Below, one piece after another: positions 26,702 to 32,000 of a DNA stretch of 32,000 bases. The stretch spans positions 1,590,001-1,622,000 of the forward strand of contig NC_020304.1 in assembly GCF_000341395.1 (NCBI RefSeq), written 5' to 3'. Positions within the stretch are counted from its first letter, which is position 1, and every line of letters starts with the position of its first letter. The notes under the pieces were generated by a model that worked only from the letters and a program-made list of their open reading frames with translations, searched no databases and had not been told where the DNA came from. The DNA is from Desulfocapsa sulfexigens DSM 10523. Its GTDB lineage: Bacteria; Desulfobacterota; Desulfobulbia; Desulfobulbales; Desulfocapsaceae. Position numbers and translations under genes: made by a program.

Positions 26702-28107
26702 GTGGCAGGGAAAAAGGAGGAGTAATGGCAAGTAAACATGGTGTGCACGCTGGTTTCCTTTCGGCCCTGACTCTTCTCTTTACCTTTTTAATTTTACATT
26801 CTGAAAATGGATGGGCCCAACCTGGAGCTTCTTCCGCTTTTATTCTTGAGGTCAGGGGAGCAATCGGACCGGGGGTAAGTGATTTTGTGAGACGCGGTCT
26901 TGAAAAAGCTGATAGAGAAAAAGCCGAAATCGTTATCCTGAAGCTTGATACCCCGGGAGGACTCGATATGGCCATGCGGGAGATTGTCAAGGATGTCCTG
27001 GCCTCTCCTGTCCCGGTGGTGAGCTATGTTGCTCCAGAAGGAGCACGGGCTGCAAGTGCTGGAACCTATATCCTCTATGCAAGCCATGTGGCAGCCATGG
27101 CTCCGGCCACAAACCTTGGTGCTGCTACTCCGGTGACCATAGCAGGGATGCCGGATATGGAAGGGAAAGGGGAGCAGCAGGATGATGGTACGGGAGGGGA
27201 GAAGAACCTGCAGGGCTCGCAAAATGCCATGAAGAACAAGATGGTCAATGACGCTGAGGCCTATATAGTATCCCTCGCAGAAAAACATGGAAGAAACAGG
27301 GAATGGGCGGCAAAAGCGGTGCGGGAGGCTGTGAGTCTAGGTTCAGCAGAGGCTTTACGTCTGGGGGTCGTCGATTTTGTGGCAGACAATATCGATGATC
27401 TTCTGGCCCAGATTGATGGAAAGGAGGTGATACTCGCCACAGGAAGCAGGCAACTGGATACAAGTGATCTTCGTCTGGTGCATATGGAAAAAGACTGGCG
27501 TACCAGGTTGCTTATGGTGATAGGTGATCCTAATATCGCCTATATGCTGATGCTTCTCGGTATGTATGGCCTTTTCTTTGAACTGGCCAATCCCGGTTCT
27601 GTTCTGCCGGGTGTACTGGGTGGTACTGCTTTGCTCCTTGCCCTCTACGCCTTTCAGATGCTCCCGGTGAATTATGCAGGACTTGCACTTATTGTCCTCG
27701 GGCTCTCCTTTATGGTGGCAGAAGCTTTTACCCCCAGTTTTGGAGTTCTGGGGCTGGGAGGACTGGCAGCATTTGTGTTTGGATCCATCATTCTGATGGA
27801 CGAAAAAAGCCTGCAGATATCTCTTGTTCTTATCGGCAGTACCGGGCTGTTCTCATTCGTCTGTATCCTCTGGATTCTCGGCGCTCTGTTGTCAATAAGA
27901 CGTAAAAGGGTGATCACGGGTGAGGAGCAGATGCTCGACAGCATCGGTGTGGCCATGGACGATTTTACAGAAGACGGACGGGTCTGGATCCTTGGGGAAT
28001 CATGGCAGGCCAACAGTACAGCTCCCCTGAAAAAGGGGGAAAAAGTCAAAGTTCTCAGGCAGGATGGCTTGTGTCTTTCCGTTACACCTTTACAGGAGGT
28101 AGAATGA
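26698..28107 (+). CDS. NfeD-family membrane-bound ClpP-class serine protease
   Basis: ClpP-like N-domain ([18 protein letters not shown]), central TM bundle, C-terminal NfeD OB-fold ([10 protein letters not shown]...[14 protein letters not shown]). ATG 26698 overlaps the dctM stop (ATGA). ATG 26725 with GGAGG is an alternative start. Confidence 0.88.
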   Translation: MSGREKGGVMASKHGVHAGFLSALTLLFTFLILHSENGWAQPGASSAFILEVRGAIGPGVSDFVRRGLEKADREKAEIVILKLDTPGGLDMAMREIVKDVLASPVPVVSYVAPEGARAASAGTYILYASHVAAMAPATNLGAATPVTIAGMPDMEGKGEQQDDGTGGEKNLQGSQNAMKNKMVNDAEAYIVSLAEKHGRNREWAAKAVREAVSLGSAEALRLGVVDFVADNIDDLLAQIDGKEVILATGSRQLDTSDLRLVHMEKDWRTRLLMVIGDPNIAYMLMLLGMYGLFFELANPGSVLPGVLGGTALLLALYAFQMLPVNYAGLALIVLGLSFMVAEAFTPSFGVLGLGGLAAFVFGSIILMDEKSLQISLVLIGSTGLFSFVCILWILGALLSIRRKRVITGEEQMLDSIGVAMDDFTEDGRVWILGESWQANSTAPLKKGEKVKVLRQDGLCLSVTPLQEVE

Positions 28108-28108
28108 T

Positions 28109-28870
28109 ATGATCACTGTGCCCATTATTGTTTTTCCAATCGGGCTGCTTGTAGCCCTGGTAGCACTTTCATTTAAGATTGTTCCGGAGTATCAGCGTCT
28201 GGTGGTTTTCTTTCTTGGTCGATTTCAGGAAGTTAAACAACCTGGCTTGAGACTGGTTGTCCCCGGGATTCAGCAGATGCGTCGGGTGGATTTACGGGTA
28301 ATCACCATGGATGTGCCAAGTCAGGATGTTATTTCCAGAGATAACGTTACGGTACGTGTTAACGCGGTCCTGTATTTTCGGGTTGTTGATCCGGAAAAAG
28401 CGATTATTCAGGTCGAGGATTACTATAATGCCACCAGTCAACTGGCTCAGACAACTCTGCGCTCGGTACTAGGGCAGCATGATCTTGACGAGATGTTGGT
28501 GGAAAGAGAAAAGATGAATGCGGATCTCCAGCAGATCATCGACAAGCAGTCTGATGCCTGGGGTATTAAAGTCAGTAACGTAGAGATCAAACATGTGGAT
28601 TTGAATGAGAACATGGTGCGTGCCATTGCCAAACAGGCCGAAGCGGAACGGGAACGGCGGGCAAAGATAATCCACGCGGAGGGAGAACTGCAGGCCTCTG
28701 AGAAACTCCTGGCAGCTGCAAATGTCATCTCGCAGAATCCGCAGGCCCTGCAGCTCAGATATCTGCAGACTCTCAATGATATCTCCAACGAGAATACCAC
28801 CACTATTGTTTTTCCCTTGCCCATCGAAACAATCAAAGGATTGTTTGAGAAGGCACCGGTAAAGTTTTGA
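28109..28870 (+). CDS. SPFH/band-7 (stomatin-like) protein
   Basis: N-terminal TM helix, then [15 protein letters not shown]...VDLRV...TRDNV...VNAVLYFRV and the [12 protein letters not shown] coiled coil. Starts 1 nt after the nfeD stop, with a CAGGAGG SD. Confidence 0.93.
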   Translation: MITVPIIVFPIGLLVALVALSFKIVPEYQRLVVFFLGRFQEVKQPGLRLVVPGIQQMRRVDLRVITMDVPSQDVISRDNVTVRVNAVLYFRVVDPEKAIIQVEDYYNATSQLAQTTLRSVLGQHDLDEMLVEREKMNADLQQIIDKQSDAWGIKVSNVEIKHVDLNENMVRAIAKQAEAERERRAKIIHAEGELQASEKLLAAANVISQNPQALQLRYLQTLNDISNENTTTIVFPLPIETIKGLFEKAPVKF

Positions 28871-28956
28871 TGTATTCTTGAAGATAAAAGTTTCCTGAAA
28901 CGGGAAATGATGAGTCACGTTTTGACAGAAAAAAACAGAGAGCGGATAGGGCGTAT

Positions 28957-29328
28957 ATGACACTGGATCATAAAAAGCTTGCGGTTATTCACATCGTCAA
29001 GCGGGAGTTGGACCTGAGTGATGACGATTATCGGGATATTCTGGAGCGTGAGACTGGTGTCCGCTCAGCAAAAGATCTGGATGAGAAGGGGTTCAGGCGT
29101 TTGATGCGTGCCTTTGCAGCAAGTGGTTACTATCGTATCAACAAGCACGGTCTTACGCTGCGACAGAAAATGTATATTGGCCACCTGGCCGACGATCTAG
29201 GCTGGGATGAAGAACACCTGAAAAACTTTTTGAACAAATATTACCATAAGCAAGAGATCGAAAGGCTGACAAAGGGGGAGGCGAGTAAAGTGATTGAGTC
29301 ACTAAAGAATATACTTAAACGTGAATGA
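28957..29328 (+). CDS. Phage Mu GemA/gp16-like (DUF1018) protein
   Basis: LAVIHIVKRELDLSDDDYRDILERETGVRSAKDLDEKGF matches my recollection of the DUF1018 pattern (IHv.k..Lgl.DD.YR..L...tG..SakdL). Not verified by search. Confidence 0.7.
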   Translation: MTLDHKKLAVIHIVKRELDLSDDDYRDILERETGVRSAKDLDEKGFRRLMRAFAASGYYRINKHGLTLRQKMYIGHLADDLGWDEEHLKNFLNKYYHKQEIERLTKGEASKVIESLKNILKRE

Positions 29329-29362
29329 GCAGGTATCTATCTTTTTTATAACAGGAAATTGA

Positions 29363-30007
29363 ATGAATAATCGACTGCAGGAACTACTGGCTAAACTGAA
29401 GCAGCTTGAAGAAGAACTGCTCATTGAACTGCAAAAAAAAGAACAGGAGTATTTTTACGAGATCCATAATAAAAAGGTTCTTTTTAAACGGGAAGTCAGA
29501 GAGAAAAACAGACGTCTTGCCAAGACTATCCGGCGCTATCTTGGTGATGCCTCCCTTCTAAACATACTTACGGTACCGATAATATGGGCTTGTCTGGTTC
29601 CAGCCCTGTTCATGGATCTGGTGGTTTCTCTCTTTCAGCTGAGCTGTTTCCCTATCTATTCCATTCCCAGGGTCAGGCGCAGTGATTACTTTATAGTTGA
29701 TCGTCAATATTTAAGTTATCTGAATGTGATTGAAAAAATTAACTGTTGCTACTGTGGCTATTTCAACGGACTGATAGGATATGTTCAGGAAATAGCTGCT
29801 AGAACAGAACAATACTGGTGTCCTATAAAGCATGCACAACGAGGGAAAGTGCAGCATAGCCGTTATGAAAAATTTCTGGATTACGGTGATGCCATGGGGT
29901 TTCGAGAGAGAAACAGTGTAATCCGCAGGGCTTTTGATGACCTTGATACCACGCAATCAGACAAAAATGACGGAGAGAAACACGGTGCTCAGCCCGGCGA
30001 AAAATAA
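29363..30007 (+). CDS. Hypothetical membrane protein with N-terminal coiled coil and Cys cluster
   Basis: Coiled coil LQELLAKLKQLEEELLIELQKKEQE, one or two TM helices, then INCCYCGYFNGL...YWCPIKHA. No family recognised. Confidence 0.7.
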   Translation: MNNRLQELLAKLKQLEEELLIELQKKEQEYFYEIHNKKVLFKREVREKNRRLAKTIRRYLGDASLLNILTVPIIWACLVPALFMDLVVSLFQLSCFPIYSIPRVRRSDYFIVDRQYLSYLNVIEKINCCYCGYFNGLIGYVQEIAARTEQYWCPIKHAQRGKVQHSRYEKFLDYGDAMGFRERNSVIRRAFDDLDTTQSDKNDGEKHGAQPGEK

Positions 30008-32000
30008 AAGAGTAATTTTCTTTTTGATCCTGCTGTTGCTGATGTTTGGCAATTGGCTGTCCAATGGCTTATCACAACCATTGCAGGAGGTGAAAATCGG
30101 TGTACTGGCCAAGCGGGGTCCTGAAATAGCTCTTAAAAAATGGTCGGCAACGGCGGATTACCTGTCCCAGGCACTTCCTGGGTATCGTTTTCAGATTGCA
30201 GCCCTTGATTTTACGGAAATCCATGCAGCTGTTCAAGAAGGAACAATTGACTTTGTGCTCGCCAACTCGGCATTTTATGTGGAACTGGAAAAATTGTATG
30301 GGGTCAAGCGGATAGCAACTCTTCTCAACCAGGACAGCTCCGGTCGGCAGACCACCATGTTTGGCGGGGTAATCCTGGCCCGCTCTGACAGAGAGGATAT
30401 CCGGGAAATTCGGGATCTGAAAGGGAAAAGCTTTATGGCCGTGGAGCAGCGTTCTTTTGGGGGCTGGATCATGTGCTGGCGGGAGCTGCATCGAATGGGG
30501 CTTGAGCCGGAAAAATTTTTCTCCTCACTGCAATTTGGCCAGACTCATGATGCTGTTGTGGCGGCAGTTCAAAGGGGAGACGTCGATGGAGGTACTGTCC
30601 GGACTGACACTCTGGAGCGGATGGCTGAAGGGGGTGATATCAATCTGGATGATTTTCATATTCTCAATGAGCAGCAGGTGGAAAACTTTCCTTTCAGGAT
30701 AAGTACTTCTCTTTACCCCGAATGGCCCTTCGCGGCCGTGAAAGACACTTCTCTTGACCTGGCTCGCCAGGTTGCCTCGGCTTTACTGGCTATGAAGGCA
30801 GATGCCCCGGCAGCCATTGCAGGAAAAAGTGCCGGCTGGACCGTGGCACTGAATTACCAGCCCGTTCACGATTGCCTTATGGAGCTACGTATAGGACCCT
30901 ATTCGGATTTTGGTTATTTCAGCTTTTATGATGTAGTGAAAAAGTACTGGCTGCAGCTTGTTCTTCTGTTCCTTTCTTTTACCATTGTTGTATTGACTTC
31001 TCTTTATATTCTCCGGCTCAATCGGAGGATCAGGCAGAAGAAAGAGGAAGTTGATGAGTTGAACAGAACTCTTGAGGCTAAGGTCCTGGAACGTACCAGA
31101 AAGGTAAACAGCCTTCTTGACCAGGAACTGTACCTTCGTGAAATAATGGAAACAATCGCTGAGGTGAATGGCCTCCTTATCTCAGCAACAGATATGGATA
31201 TGCTGTTACAGGAGGCTTGCCGGGTAATGGGGGAACATGGGCATTACGCCTATAGCTGGATCGGTTTGTTGGAAAACAATGTGGTGAGCAGAGTTTTTAC
31301 CAGCGATGACTCTGTCAGGTTTCCGAGTGATCCTCCTTATGATCCGATGGATACCGAGGATTCTTTTTCATTAACACCCGCTGCGCATTGTATGGCAAAG
31401 AACCAAACGGTGGTTGTGCGACAGAGCAGTACTGTCAGTACTGTTTCTCCCTGGCTGGATCTGGCTGAAGTTACGGAATATCAATCTGTTATCTCTTTGC
31501 CTCTTCGTGCCGATCAGTACAGCTCACCGTTGGGTGCTTTCAGTGTTTACACTCTGCGACTGGAGGGGTTTGAAGAGGAAGAAATTGCCATGCTCGAGGA
31601 GCTCGCCGGTGATATCGGTTTTGCTATCAATGCCTTCAGACAGAAAGAGCAGGTCGCAAAGCTAGAGAGAGAACGCACTGAAAATTACGAAGAGACTATT
31701 CTCTCCTTTGCCAATATTATTGATCACAGAGACACTTATACTGCCGGACATACCACACGGGTAGCCCATTACTGTAAGCTGCTCGCCAGGGAAATGGGCC
31801 TTGGAGAAGAAGAAACAGGGATCCTGCAAAAGGCAGCCGTTCTTCATGATATTGGTAAAATTGCCACGCCGGATAGTGTTCTGCTTAAACCCGGTAAGCT
31901 TTCCGACCTGGACTATGATCTTATTAAGCTCCATGCGCTGGCAGGATATGAGATACTCTCGGGTATCGGGATGTATGAAGATCTGGCAGTGATCATACGG
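29967..32000 (+). CDS. Sensor protein with a periplasmic PhnD-like binding domain, TM helix, GAF domain and HD-GYP domain, 3' end cut by the window edge
   Basis: The ORF track does not list this gene, most likely because no stop occurs before nt 32000. I translated the frame by eye from 29922 to 32000 and met no stop. It reads signal peptide KNKRVIFFLILLLLMF, then VKIGVLAKRGPE...IDFVLANSAFY (phosphonate-binding-like), TM helix LVLLFLSFTIVVLTSLYIL, a GAF-like region, and HD-GYP start HRDTYTAGHTTRVAHY...AAVLHDIGKIATPDSVLLKPGKL. Start is ATG 29967 or GTG 29985 (GGAGA 8 nt upstream). Confidence 0.85.
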   Translation, partial: MTERNTVLSPAKNKRVIFFLILLLLMFGNWLSNGLSQPLQEVKIGVLAKRGPEIALKKWSATADYLSQALPGYRFQIAALDFTEIHAAVQEGTIDFVLANSAFYVELEKLYGVKRIATLLNQDSSGRQTTMFGGVILARSDREDIREIRDLKGKSFMAVEQRSFGGWIMCWRELHRMGLEPEKFFSSLQFGQTHDAVVAAVQRGDVDGGTVRTDTLERMAEGGDINLDDFHILNEQQVENFPFRISTSLYPEWPFAAVKDTSLDLARQVASALLAMKADAPAAIAGKSAGWTVALNYQPVHDCLMELRIGPYSDFGYFSFYDVVKKYWLQLVLLFLSFTIVVLTSLYILRLNRRIRQKKEEVDELNRTLEAKVLERTRKVNSLLDQELYLREIMETIAEVNGLLISATDMDMLLQEACRVMGEHGHYAYSWIGLLENNVVSRVFTSDDSVRFPSDPPYDPMDTEDSFSLTPAAHCMAKNQTVVVRQSSTVSTVSPWLDLAEVTEYQSVISLPLRADQYSSPLGAFSVYTLRLEGFEEEEIAMLEELAGDIGFAINAFRQKEQVAKLERERTENYEETILSFANIIDHRDTYTAGHTTRVAHYCKLLAREMGLGEEETGILQKAAVLHDIGKIATPDSVLLKPGKLSDLDYDLIKLHALAGYEILSGIGMYEDLAVIIR

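Noticed and set aside
30072-30491. 139-aa minus-strand ORF, and the short plus-strand frame-1 ORFs at 30457-30702, 31414-31665 and 31801-31992
   Set aside because: All lie inside or antisense to the long open plus-strand frame, which encodes a coherent PhnD-like/GAF/HD-GYP protein. Their own translations have no motifs.
1-32000. CRISPR arrays, tRNA/rRNA genes, IS elements and integrases
   Set aside because: I found no regularly spaced repeats, no tRNA-like T-arm (GTTCGAAT-type) in non-coding DNA, and no transposase or integrase motifs in any ORF of the track.

Overview
The window looks like about 32 kb of chromosome from an anaerobic, probably Desulfobacterota-like bacterium. That guess is an inference from gene content: a tungsten-type aldehyde:ferredoxin oxidoreductase, a TatT-type TRAP transporter and many c-di-GMP proteins. 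I support about 31 protein-coding genes. I saw no rRNA, tRNA, CRISPR array, transposase or integrase. Gene order: a 5'-truncated GGDEF/EAL protein; a fused periplasmic-domain/NicO Ni-Co transporter; a low-GC islet (2Fe-2S ferredoxin-like gene, a doubtful small hydrophobic ORF, an orphan RelA/SpoT homologue); a HlyD/ABC/ABC-2 exporter operon; an AOR, class II aldolase-like and small-ORF operon with a long leader; surE plus an unknown gene on the minus strand; a zinc-ribbon membrane protein and a low-GC Cys-rich exported protein; a YqiA-like hydrolase; an EamA transporter; an exported MsrA; a hybrid histidine kinase; rsgA; an ftsH plus CMD-family pair; a TatT-DctPQM TRAP transporter translationally coupled to an NfeD/stomatin pair; and an orphan phage Mu GemA-like gene, a Cys-containing membrane protein and a 3'-truncated PhnD-like/GAF/HD-GYP sensor. 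The best candidates for something new are: (1) the stand-alone RelA/SpoT homologue with a long C-terminal extension in the low-GC islet, a possible fused toxSAS or CapRel-like module; (2) the AOR operon, whose leader has a perfect-SD 7-codon uORF and a matching anti-SD and whose aldolase-like partner has a Cys4 insertion; (3) a roughly 100-nt highly structured inverted-repeat element between two convergent genes. All calls rest on reading motifs by eye. No searches or folding were run.
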